Shown one piece after another: positions 7,268 through 16,065 of a DNA stretch of 32,000 nt (positions are counted from its first letter, which is position 1; the number at the start of each line of letters is the position of its first letter). The DNA is from Halalkalibacterium halodurans. Its GTDB lineage: Bacteria; Bacillota; Bacilli; Bacillales; Bacillaceae_D. The stretch covers positions 31,213 to 63,212 of the forward strand of contig NZ_SNUY01000007.1 in NCBI RefSeq assembly GCF_004376175.1. The letters are read 5' to 3'. Made by a program: the position numbers and the translations under genes. The notes under the pieces are model-generated. The model was not told where the DNA came from. It saw nothing but the letters and a program-made list of their open reading frames with translations, and ran no database searches.

Positions 7268-9727
7268 ATGAAACGTTATCTCATCATCTTGACAATTATC
7301 GTCATCGCCATCGTCCTTTGGTTTATCACGAATAACGATGAAGAAATTGAACAGGAGCCTCCAGAAACACCGCCGGAAGAAGAGCCAATCGATGGAGTGG
7401 CCGCCCTATGGTCATTTGACGAAGGTTCTGGCCACACGACCGTTGAATCTCGCTCCGAACAAGAACATGACATTCATTATGTTTTTAACGAAGCCGTTGA
7501 TAAACCGAATAGTGAGCCTCTTTGGAGAAACGGGATTTCGGGACACGCGCTACTGTTTGACGGCTATTCCACATGGATATCAGCTGATGCCTCTACCCTT
7601 GACCTTCCCGAAGGTTCCTTGACACTAGAAGCTTGGGTCGCTCCTCGTGCCTTTGAATGGGGAAACGACGACAAGCTTTCTTCCATCGTGAGTTTTCATG
7701 ATAAAGAAGAGAAACAAGGCTTCCAACTAGGGGTGTTTCGTCACGGAACGTGGTCATTCCAATTTGGGACAGGCAAGGAATGGTTTGAAGTATGGGCAGA
7801 GGAAGAATTTAGCCTTCCGCACAACGAATGGTCCCATATCGTCGCTGTACTGTCTATGGAAACGAACGAGGTCGTCCTATATCGTAATGGTGAGCGGGCA
7901 GGCCATTTAGTCATTCCGCCTGAGGTAACGATCGAATTCCCAGATGAAGAGCTTCGAATTGGTAAAAACAATGCCCCCGCAAACATTAGCGACACATTCG
8001 ATGCGAGTATGTTTAATGGCCTGATTGATGAGGTTGCGGTATATGAAACGGCGCTGGATCAACCGATAGTCGAGGAGCGTTTCAGCGAATATGCTGCTGA
8101 GGGGCTCCCTGACCCTAGCGAGGAACTTGCTTGGGATCGCAGCCGGTATGAAGGGGATCGTCACCGGCCACAGTACCATTTCACCGCTCCAGAGCACTGG
8201 ATGAACGAGCCTCATGCTCCGCTCTATTTTAATGGTCAATACCATTTATTCTATCAATTCAACCCAGCGGGACCTTATTGGGGGAACATTCATTGGGGAC
8301 ATGCAGTGAGTGACGATCTGATTCACTGGCAAGACTTGCCGATCGCCTTAGCGCCGGAAGCCGATCAAGTGGATCCCGATGGCTCTTGGTCTGGGGACAG
8401 CGTGATTGATGAGGACGGTAACCCTGTTTTATTGTTTACGGCAGGGAACGACAGCATGACACCTAATCAAATGATCGGCTTAGCCAGAAGTACGTATTTA
8501 GAAGAACAAGACCATGAGTTAATCCATTGGATGAAACACCCAGAGCCTGTTGTCATGCAAGAAGAATTTGAGACCGATCGAGGGGTGGTATGGCATGGGC
8601 AGTTTCGTGATCCATTCGTGTTCAGATCTGGAGATCAATGGGTTCAGCTCGTTGGCTCTGGCATCAAAGACGGAGATGAGCCTGTCGGTGGCACCGCCCT
8701 CGTATACACATCAGATGATTTGGTGCATTGGGAATATCAACATCCGCTCATGATTGGCGATGTCCATGCCTATCCAGAAACGGGTCATGTGTGGGAGCTC
8801 CCTGTTATGCTACCCATTGGTGAAGACGAGCAGGGAGACGAAAAGCATGTATTCCTCATCAACCCTTGGTTTGATGGCGAGAGCGAGCATGCGGTGAAAT
8901 ATGTTTGGTACTGGATTGGCTCGTGGGATGAAGACACTTCTCAATTTATACCTGATCAAGAAGAGCCGCAGCTGTTAGATGTTGGCGAGCATTTCACAGG
9001 ACCGAGCGGCATGGTAGATGAAGAAGGGCGATCGATCCTATTTTCGATTACGCAAGATAAACGAACAGAGGAAAGTCGTTATCAGGCAGGCTGGGCTCAT
9101 AATGCCGGTCTCCCTCTCGTCCTATCCTTGCGTGACGGTCACCGTTTAGGAGTAGAGCCAATCCCTGAAGTGGAACAATTACGTGAGGAGCGGTTGTTTT
9201 CTCTCGAAGGTCCTACTTCAATTGAGGAAGCGAATCATCAATTGGAAGGGATTCGTGGAGACATGTTGGAAATCGAATTGACCCTCGACAGAAAAGACGC
9301 GCACAAAGCAGGAATTTACGTTCGTCAATCACCAGATCGGGAGGAAGAAACGTTACTTTTTTACGATTTTGCCGAACAGACATTAAATGTGGACCGAGAA
9401 CGTTCTAGTTTATCAGACGAGGTAGAAAAAGGCATTCAAGGAGGTCATGTTGAGATCGATGGCGACCTTTTAAGGCTACGTATTTTTCTTGACCGCTCCA
9501 TGGTTGAGGCTTATGTTAATAGCGTAAACAGCTTAACCACTCGCGTCTATCCGACGAAAAAAGACGCGCTCTCCTTAGAGCTATTTTCTGAAGGAGAAGC
9601 CGAAGTAAAGTCGATGCACGTATGGCGACTAAGTAGTGCTTTTAATACTCGATCTAAAGAAAAGTCTGACCCCCATGCCCATATGACGGCAGGCGAGGTC
9701 AGACTTTTATATTGCACGAAGATTTAG
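7268..9727 (+). CDS. Membrane-anchored extracytoplasmic LamG-domain GH32 fructan hydrolase/fructosidase with a non-canonical WMNEP motif
   Basis: An N-terminal TM helix (MKRYLIILTIIVIAIVLWFI) is followed by an acidic Pro/Glu linker (EQEPPETPPEEEP). Next is a LamG/concanavalin-like domain (LLFDGYSTWISAD...LEAWVAPRAF...LYRNGERAG...FNGLIDEVAVY). A GH32 N+C domain follows (RPQYHFTAPEHWMNEPHAPLYFNGQYHLFYQFNP, WSGDSV, FRDPFVF, VWELPV, C-terminal beta-sandwich ...FLDRSMVEAYVN...). Confidence 0.85.
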   Translation: MKRYLIILTIIVIAIVLWFITNNDEEIEQEPPETPPEEEPIDGVAALWSFDEGSGHTTVESRSEQEHDIHYVFNEAVDKPNSEPLWRNGISGHALLFDGYSTWISADASTLDLPEGSLTLEAWVAPRAFEWGNDDKLSSIVSFHDKEEKQGFQLGVFRHGTWSFQFGTGKEWFEVWAEEEFSLPHNEWSHIVAVLSMETNEVVLYRNGERAGHLVIPPEVTIEFPDEELRIGKNNAPANISDTFDASMFNGLIDEVAVYETALDQPIVEERFSEYAAEGLPDPSEELAWDRSRYEGDRHRPQYHFTAPEHWMNEPHAPLYFNGQYHLFYQFNPAGPYWGNIHWGHAVSDDLIHWQDLPIALAPEADQVDPDGSWSGDSVIDEDGNPVLLFTAGNDSMTPNQMIGLARSTYLEEQDHELIHWMKHPEPVVMQEEFETDRGVVWHGQFRDPFVFRSGDQWVQLVGSGIKDGDEPVGGTALVYTSDDLVHWEYQHPLMIGDVHAYPETGHVWELPVMLPIGEDEQGDEKHVFLINPWFDGESEHAVKYVWYWIGSWDEDTSQFIPDQEEPQLLDVGEHFTGPSGMVDEEGRSILFSITQDKRTEESRYQAGWAHNAGLPLVLSLRDGHRLGVEPIPEVEQLREERLFSLEGPTSIEEANHQLEGIRGDMLEIELTLDRKDAHKAGIYVRQSPDREEETLLFYDFAEQTLNVDRERSSLSDEVEKGIQGGHVEIDGDLLRLRIFLDRSMVEAYVNSVNSLTTRVYPTKKDALSLELFSEGEAEVKSMHVWRLSSAFNTRSKEKSDPHAHMTAGEVRLLYCTKI
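9661..9707. terminator. Bidirectional intrinsic terminator shared by the convergent 7268..9727 and 9765..15908 genes
   Basis: AAAGTCTGACC (9661-9671) pairs perfectly with GGTCAGACTTT (9697-9707) over 11 bp. TTTTATATT follows on the plus strand and a T-rich run follows on the minus strand. It lies inside the last ~20 codons of the plus-strand ORF. Confidence 0.6.
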
Positions 9728-9764
9728 AGGATGTACAAAAATCCGAGGAAACATAGATACGAAT

Positions 9765-12700
9765 CTATTCGTTACATTCCCGTGCCTTGCTCTTCTTCCC
9801 CTTCTTATCTTTCTTTGCCTTTTTTGAACATTCACTTCTGTTCAATTGGACGGGGACATGGAAATCATCCACGTTGATATGACCCCAACCACCGGTCGCA
9901 TGATCCACGATTAAAATATAACTTTCAGTACCTATATAATCAGAAGCATCCCAGTGCACCCTGTAATAAGCTTCATTGTTTCCTCCTGTTGCTTTTTTCA
10001 ACATTTTTCCGTCCGATTCCCGAACGAGAGCGACATAGAGATCATATATATTGTCTCCTCCTGAAACTAAAAAGTTGATCTGGCCGTTCCCACCAAGCGT
10101 GAAAGTCTCGGAACGCATCGCCCCCGTTTGTGAATCATCGCCTGTCGTTAAGCTCCACAGGTGGTAGGTTCCTACATGATTAAATGGCCCTCCCCACCCC
10201 CAATCGGTTCGATCCGTCACATCATCAGGACTGAACGCATCACCGTAAAGGATCGTCCAACCTTCCAGCCCCTTTTCAAAGCTAGGATTTGTAAGGTTAC
10301 CAGTTGGAGGAGGATCGACGACAACAATATCAGTACTAGCTTCATGCCCTCCATCCCTCGTTTTTGCCGTAATCGAAACAGACCCTGATGCATGAGCTGT
10401 TACTCGCCCGTTCGTAACAGTCGCCACCGAAGGATCACTTGAGGTCCAAATGACATCCTTATTGGTTGCTTGCTGCGGGGAAACAATAGGTGTGACGTAT
10501 TGTTCGGTTCCCGCCATCATCTCCTCTTTTTCACGGTTCAACTCAAGACCTGTGACCGATACGTCTTGATAGGCCGAATTCATTTCCCACACCTTCATAG
10601 ACTTCACGATGACGGAATCTTCATGGTCATTGGCCCACAACTGGACACCCGTTGCGTCTGGCCTTGTCGGATAGGCTCTCGTTGTAATGTTTTGCAGACC
10701 GTTCAAGTACGCTTCAATCATCGAGCGGTCGAGGAAGACCCTCATGTTCATCTGCTCTCCGCCAAGATCAACCTGACCTCCTTGATACCATCCTTCCAAG
10801 TCACGATTCAAGCTCGAGCTTGTGCGATCAACCCAAAACTCCTTCGCGCTTTTTTTATAATAAAGGATCGTTTCCTCTTCCCCGTCAGGCGTCCTCCTGA
10901 CACTTAGACCGGCCTCATTCGCTTGCCCGTGATCGAGCTCTAGCTCAATTTCGAGCATATCTCCTTGAATTTGAGAAAGAATCTCGTTCGCTTCAGCAAA
11001 TGGCGTATCTTCCGTTATTTCTACTAATAGATCGCCTCGAAGCGATTCCACTTCCTCAATTGGTTCCATCCCGAGACGATTATCGTCACGGAGGTAGACA
11101 TGAATCGGTAGACCAAAATTGTGAGCATAACCTGAATCATAATCAATTAACGCCGTTCGCCTTCCTTGGGCAATGCTATAAATAACCGTTCGCCCATCTG
11201 GTGTGACAAAGCCTGCTGGTCCTGTAAAATGATCACCAAAATCAAGTAATTTCGGCTCTTCATCGTCTGGAATGAACCTTGCCTTTTCCTTATCCCATGT
11301 TCCGATCCAATACCACGTATAGCGAGATTGGAATTGCTCTTCTTCCATTTTCGCTGGGTTAATAAGCAAAATATGCTTTCCGCTATCCCCTAGTGGTAGA
11401 AAGATCGGTAGCTCCCACACACGTCCAGTCTTCGGGTATTTTTCGAAATCGCCAACGTATAAGTATCCGCGGTACTCCCACTCTTCAAAGCTCGAATCCT
11501 CAGTCGAATAGACAAGCGCCGTTCCCCCTACTGGGTCGCCCTGTTCGGTTTCCACTCCTGACGTAATGAGCATGAACCACGTATCGCCATCTTTAAACAG
11601 AAACGGATCACGAAACTCTCCTAAAATGCCTTGACCAGGCTCTTGGTCTAAAAGAACCTCAGGATGCTTTTCCCAGCGATTTAAATCGAGGTCACCATCT
11701 TTGACAAACGTGCTTCGTGCAATGTTAATCCTCTGATTCGGCGTACGACGGTCATCACCCGCGGTATAAAAGATGACTGGGTTTCCATCATCATCAATGA
11801 CCGCATCTCCGGCCCATGCTCCATCTGGATCTACATCGTGCCTCCCTGGAATGACAGCATCACGGGCATCTCGCCAATGAATCATATCATCACTTACTAA
11901 ATGCCCCCAGCGAATATGGTTCCAGTAAGGGCCACGAGGGTTGCTCTGATAAAACACGTGGTATTGTCCATTAAAATAAAACGGACCACCCGGCTCATTT
12001 TGCCAGTGAACAGGCGGAGCTGCATGATATTGCGGACGGTGCGGATCATTTGCCAAAATACTACGATCGATGCGCATATTAGGGGTCGGCAAGTTCCCAC
12101 CGACTTGGTCGAGATACCGCTCATATTCTTGTTGAACCTCCTCAGGAGATAGAGCCCGACCTCTTAGCTTCACCTCATCTAAAAGGCCGCTAAACATGTT
12201 GAGCGTGAAGCCGTACAACCACATTCCTTGGTTGTTCTTAGCGATTTTTAACGGCGTTGCGCTCGGCTTAATCAACGTCCCTTTCGGAAAATCACGCGAG
12301 GCTACCTTTTCTCCATTTAAATAAAGAACTACTTCCCCTGTCGAGCTTCGATAAGTAGCTGTAATGTACGACCATTCTTCAAGCGGAAGGACAACATCTG
12401 ACATCACTTCAAACCAATCATCGCCTGTCCCAAACTGCAAGCCCCACGTGCCGTGACGGTAATGCCCGAAAATGAAGCCCTCCTTCTTCTCTCGATCATG
12501 CTGGTTCATAATCGCAGACAAACGTCCCTCATCCCCGTGCTCGAAATTTCTTGGTGCCACCCAAGCCTCAAGCGTGATCTCGTCTTCAGGAACGGGGATA
12601 TGATGAGGCGGACTCTCGATCCATGTGGAGTAACCGTCAAACAACAGCGTCCCGTTTTCAATCCCATCATTTCTCCACATCGGATCACGCGGTGGTTGAT

Positions 12701-15700
12701 ACTTCCCTTCATTTAAAAAATAATGGATTCGCTGCTTTCTTCCGGTTACTTGCTCTTTCGTATGTTTTCCTTCTTGTTCATCAAAGGACCAATGCCCGAG
12801 CAACTCCCGCGAAAATGTGGAGTTATATACATTGAAATCATCCACGTTAATGTGACCCCAAGGCCCTGTCGCATCATCTACAATCTTGATGTACACTTCC
12901 TCGCCTACATAGGCCGACGCATCCCAGAATACCCGTTGATATGTCTCTGAATTACGCCCGGTCGCTCTAAATAATTCTTCCCCATCGGCTACCCGAACGA
13001 GAGCGACATAGAGGTTTTCAATGTCATCACCCCCACCGATTAAAAAGTCGATCCCGCCGTTCCCGCTTAACACAAACGGACTTGAGTGCAATTCTCCCGT
13101 TGCTTCGTCTCCAGCTGCTTTAAATCCCCAAAGATGATAGTCACCCGCTTGATCAAATGTGCCGCCATCGCTCCAATGCGTGTCTCGCACTAGGCTTTCC
13201 GGACCGTAGGCATCACCACTAACAACCTCCCAGCCGCGAATCCGATCAGGATGAAGAGCGGTATACTCAAAATCATGGTTGAAAATACCTGGCTCCACAT
13301 TTCCATGCAATGAAGCGGTCGGCGGAACGTTGACATCGTCTAGGTTCAGGTGCCCTTCTGTCGACTGATCGACAATTTCAATGTAATACACGTCGTCCAC
13401 ATAAGCAGAGACATCCCAATGAACCCGGCGGTATGTGTCATTGCCGTGCCCCGTCTCTTTCATCACAACCTCCCCATCCTCGGCTCGAACGAGGGCTACG
13501 TATAAGTTTTCAATGTCTTCATCTCCACCGATCAGAAAATCGATCTGCCCATCTCCCCCTAATGTAAACGTTTGGGAGCGCATCACACCGACCTTGGAAT
13601 CATCACCTCTTCCACCCCATATGTGCCACAGATTATTTTGCTTAAACGGCTGTTTGTTCCAATAATCAGCTTCGTCGGTAACCGCTCCATCGCTAAAGGC
13701 GTCTCCACGAACAACCGTCCAGCCCGTTAAATCACCTGTTTCAAAGCTAGGATTCTCCATTTCATAGGGTCCTTCTTTTTTTTCTTGATTGAACACTTGA
13801 ATATCATCAAGATTGATATGGCCGAACCCGCCAGAATGCCTATCGACCACTTTTAAAAACATCGCTTCACCTAAATAATCAGAAGCGTCCCAGGTCACCT
13901 GTTGATATCGCTCATCATTGTGACCGGTTGCCCGGAACAATTCTTTTCCATCGGACGCCCTAACTAAAGCGACGTAGAGCCGCTCTTCATCTTCTCCACC
14001 GCCTATGCGAAAACGAATCGTTCCATCTCCGCCTAGCTTAAATAAGCTAGAGGTCATCATCCCTGCACGAACATCCGCCCGTTCTTCGTTCGCACCAGCA
14101 AATCCCCACAAATGGTAGCTGCCTTGATGACCAAAACGACCACCCCAGTACTCCTTCTGGTCCGTAATGACTCCTTCAAAGGCGCTTCCAAATGTCGTCC
14201 AGCCCGTGAGATCCCCCGTTTCAAAATCTGGATTTTCAATGTCATTCGGGAGCTCTGCTACGTTGATTTCACTCGGATCAATCCCGAAACTACGCTTAAA
14301 TTCCTGCGGATAACTTGGGATGAATTCTGCCTGAGATAAAGGATAGATTTCGAGATTTTTCACATAAATTTCGCCTTCATCGCCAAACAATTCGACTCCC
14401 AAGCTGTCATGATCGGGAAAAATTTGCTCGGTAAACACAACCTCGCCCTCATTGAAAAACACTTCAACCGAGGACCGGTCAACCAATAAGTGAACTTTGA
14501 CCGTTTCTTCTTCATGGAAAGGAGCCAGATGCTTTGCAGCAAAGTCTGGATGGAAGTGGACCTCGCCTGATTGTGTTCGATCCACATACACATTGTTTTC
14601 CGTTCGATCGATGCCAACAGCTGTCCATTCCCCCTCACCTTTTCTAACATGAAATCCTAGTTCGTTCGCCGTTGTTTTCGTCCAATCGATTTCAGCGATG
14701 ATTTCGAGCGTGTCCCCTTCAGCCTCAGCAAGGAGCTCATTGGAACTAGAAACGCTCTGATCAGACCAACTTCGCTTTTTCCCGCGAAGGCTTTGAAGTT
14801 CTTTAACAGGAGTTTGTGTTAACACAAGTTCGTCGTCTACTTCCTTTAATGATAGCTCCCTTGGGACGGTCATTGCACTCCGCCAAGGATCGGTTGGAGT
14901 CTCTCCACCATAATGAGGGGTGCTCATCCAGCCAAGTAACAGTAGACGATCGTCTGGGGCATTGCTCCACGTCACCCCTGCATACATGTCGGGCCCAAAG
15001 TCGAGCCAGCGTATTTCCTCTTCATCCGGGGTAAAATGCGCACCGTCAAAATCGCCGATAAAATAGCCCATCCCTTGGCTCCCCGTTGGACCGTTGGCTA
15101 CACTTGTGATCAGTACCCATTTATGCTCGTTTCCTTGTTTGTTTACTGGGAGTTTTATAAGGTCCGTACATTCCCAAATCCCAAGGTCCCCATTGATTTC
15201 TGGCGTCTCAAATCGGCCTTCCTTCGTCCATTCCCTTAGATCAGGAGAAGAATAGAAATCGGCTTGCTTCCCCGTGGCAATGACCATCCGCCATTCATTT
15301 GATTCCTCATGCCAAAACACCTTCGGATCGCGGAAAACACCGTCACCTCCGTTGCTTACTTTTGCTTCGTCGGGCATCTCAATGACAGGATTTCCTTCGT
15401 ACGTTTCCCACGTCCGTCCTTTATCATTGCTGTAGGCGAGACCCACCGTTTGATGGTCCTGACCAAACTCATACGTGAAAATCGCAACTAAAACCGGCGT
15501 TTCACCTGATTGAAAGCCGCTCGTATTTTTCTCATCAACGACGGCACTTCCAGACCAAATAAAGCCATGTTCATCAGGGTATAACGCAATCGGTTGGTGC
15601 TCCCAGTTGACGAGGTCGGTACTGATCGCATGCCCCCAATACATCGGTCCCCATACCGTTTCTGTCGGATTATGCTGGTAAAATAAGTGGTACTCTCCAT

Positions 15701-15908
15701 CAAGGTACACCATTCCATTCGGGTCGTTCATCCAGTTTTGTTCAGGTGTAAAATGAAATTGGGGCCGGTATTTTTCATCATAATAATCCAAAGAACCGCT
15801 CCCTTCTGCTTCCACATCCCCACTTGCACGAACATCTAACAACGGTTGGCTTAACATCAATAAAATCAGCAACACAATCAACCATCGATTAGGTGAACCT
15901 CTTTTCAT
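9765..15908 (-). CDS. Giant secreted multidomain fructanase (2047 aa): signal peptide, canonical GH32, 3 CBM-like repeats, LamG, variant GH32, Big_2, a 4th CBM-like repeat and a Lys-rich tail
   Basis: The start is taken as ATG 15908 (AAGGAG 10 nt upstream; MKRGSPNRWLIVLLILLMLSQPLLDVRA/SG); the ORF-track start at 15962 adds 18 unlikely residues. Module 1 has WMNDPNG, FRDPKVF and IWECTD. Module 2 has HWQNEPGGPFYF, FRDPFLF and VWELPI. Four ~150-aa repeats share NPxFExGxLxGW...YHLWG...GGxGxIxFxIGG...LYVALVR...WDxSxY...GHINxDD. The Ig-like Big_2 segment reads VTGLEL...VIWTSSDPSVATVTNGRVTAHASGSVSITAKT. Confidence 0.9.
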   Translation of the reverse strand: MKRGSPNRWLIVLLILLMLSQPLLDVRASGDVEAEGSGSLDYYDEKYRPQFHFTPEQNWMNDPNGMVYLDGEYHLFYQHNPTETVWGPMYWGHAISTDLVNWEHQPIALYPDEHGFIWSGSAVVDEKNTSGFQSGETPVLVAIFTYEFGQDHQTVGLAYSNDKGRTWETYEGNPVIEMPDEAKVSNGGDGVFRDPKVFWHEESNEWRMVIATGKQADFYSSPDLREWTKEGRFETPEINGDLGIWECTDLIKLPVNKQGNEHKWVLITSVANGPTGSQGMGYFIGDFDGAHFTPDEEEIRWLDFGPDMYAGVTWSNAPDDRLLLLGWMSTPHYGGETPTDPWRSAMTVPRELSLKEVDDELVLTQTPVKELQSLRGKKRSWSDQSVSSSNELLAEAEGDTLEIIAEIDWTKTTANELGFHVRKGEGEWTAVGIDRTENNVYVDRTQSGEVHFHPDFAAKHLAPFHEEETVKVHLLVDRSSVEVFFNEGEVVFTEQIFPDHDSLGVELFGDEGEIYVKNLEIYPLSQAEFIPSYPQEFKRSFGIDPSEINVAELPNDIENPDFETGDLTGWTTFGSAFEGVITDQKEYWGGRFGHQGSYHLWGFAGANEERADVRAGMMTSSLFKLGGDGTIRFRIGGGEDEERLYVALVRASDGKELFRATGHNDERYQQVTWDASDYLGEAMFLKVVDRHSGGFGHINLDDIQVFNQEKKEGPYEMENPSFETGDLTGWTVVRGDAFSDGAVTDEADYWNKQPFKQNNLWHIWGGRGDDSKVGVMRSQTFTLGGDGQIDFLIGGDEDIENLYVALVRAEDGEVVMKETGHGNDTYRRVHWDVSAYVDDVYYIEIVDQSTEGHLNLDDVNVPPTASLHGNVEPGIFNHDFEYTALHPDRIRGWEVVSGDAYGPESLVRDTHWSDGGTFDQAGDYHLWGFKAAGDEATGELHSSPFVLSGNGGIDFLIGGGDDIENLYVALVRVADGEELFRATGRNSETYQRVFWDASAYVGEEVYIKIVDDATGPWGHINVDDFNVYNSTFSRELLGHWSFDEQEGKHTKEQVTGRKQRIHYFLNEGKYQPPRDPMWRNDGIENGTLLFDGYSTWIESPPHHIPVPEDEITLEAWVAPRNFEHGDEGRLSAIMNQHDREKKEGFIFGHYRHGTWGLQFGTGDDWFEVMSDVVLPLEEWSYITATYRSSTGEVVLYLNGEKVASRDFPKGTLIKPSATPLKIAKNNQGMWLYGFTLNMFSGLLDEVKLRGRALSPEEVQQEYERYLDQVGGNLPTPNMRIDRSILANDPHRPQYHAAPPVHWQNEPGGPFYFNGQYHVFYQSNPRGPYWNHIRWGHLVSDDMIHWRDARDAVIPGRHDVDPDGAWAGDAVIDDDGNPVIFYTAGDDRRTPNQRINIARSTFVKDGDLDLNRWEKHPEVLLDQEPGQGILGEFRDPFLFKDGDTWFMLITSGVETEQGDPVGGTALVYSTEDSSFEEWEYRGYLYVGDFEKYPKTGRVWELPIFLPLGDSGKHILLINPAKMEEEQFQSRYTWYWIGTWDKEKARFIPDDEEPKLLDFGDHFTGPAGFVTPDGRTVIYSIAQGRRTALIDYDSGYAHNFGLPIHVYLRDDNRLGMEPIEEVESLRGDLLVEITEDTPFAEANEILSQIQGDMLEIELELDHGQANEAGLSVRRTPDGEEETILYYKKSAKEFWVDRTSSSLNRDLEGWYQGGQVDLGGEQMNMRVFLDRSMIEAYLNGLQNITTRAYPTRPDATGVQLWANDHEDSVIVKSMKVWEMNSAYQDVSVTGLELNREKEEMMAGTEQYVTPIVSPQQATNKDVIWTSSDPSVATVTNGRVTAHASGSVSITAKTRDGGHEASTDIVVVDPPPTGNLTNPSFEKGLEGWTILYGDAFSPDDVTDRTDWGWGGPFNHVGTYHLWSLTTGDDSQTGAMRSETFTLGGNGQINFLVSGGDNIYDLYVALVRESDGKMLKKATGGNNEAYYRVHWDASDYIGTESYILIVDHATGGWGHINVDDFHVPVQLNRSECSKKAKKDKKGKKSKARECNE

Positions 15909-15963
15909 TAAAATCCATCTCCTTTTATAGGGTAGTAAAACAGGACAAAGGATAAAACCCACC

Positions 15964-15990
15964 TTGAAAATCGTTCAAACATTGTTCAAA
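15964..15990 (-). promoter_or_regulatory. Candidate operator cluster upstream of the giant fructanase gene
   Basis: The palindrome TTGAAAATCGTTCAA spans 15964-15978. It overlaps a direct repeat of GTTCAAA (15973-15979 and 15984-15990). The cluster lies 56-82 nt upstream of ATG 15908. Confidence 0.3.
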
Positions 15991-16000
15991 TCACTTAAAA

Positions 16001-16014
16001 TAAAAGCGCTTTCA
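16001..16014 (-). promoter_or_regulatory. cre-like catabolite-responsive element upstream of the giant fructanase gene
   Basis: The minus strand reads TGAAAGCGCTTTTA, matching TGWAANCGNTNWCA at 13/14 positions with the central CG intact. It lies ~95 nt upstream of ATG 15908. Confidence 0.5.
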
Positions 16015-16033
16015 TTTTTATCTGCGCCTTTCT

Positions 16034-16057
16034 CCCCTGCCGCAAAAGCCGCAGGGG
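16034..16057 (-). terminator. GC-rich stem-loop after the cytoplasmic LamG-GH32 gene
   Basis: CCCCTGC (16034-16040) pairs with GCAGGGG (16051-16057), with an inner GC/GC pair. It starts 9 nt past the stop at 16066. No clear U-tract follows on the minus strand, so termination efficiency is uncertain. Confidence 0.5.
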
Positions 16058-16065
16058 GGCACCTG

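Noticed and set aside
10470-10907. Antisense or embedded ORFs inside the large genes. Examples are 10470..10907, 16173..16490, 23603..23983, 7907..8245, 19277..19549, 27063..27344 and 30853..31083.
   Set aside because: All lie opposite to, or out of frame within, strongly supported CDSs. They have Arg/Ser/Cys/His-rich shadow-frame composition and no SD sequences.
9765-15962. The giant ORF as a mis-fusion of two adjacent GH32 genes. Separately, the ORF-track start at 15962.
   Set aside because: The reading frame is continuous through all linkers, with no stop or SD-plus-signal-peptide at the LamG junction. A single polypeptide is therefore the simplest reading. Repeat-driven mis-assembly can only be excluded with long reads. 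The 15962 start was rejected in favour of ATG 15908, which has an SD and yields a proper signal peptide.
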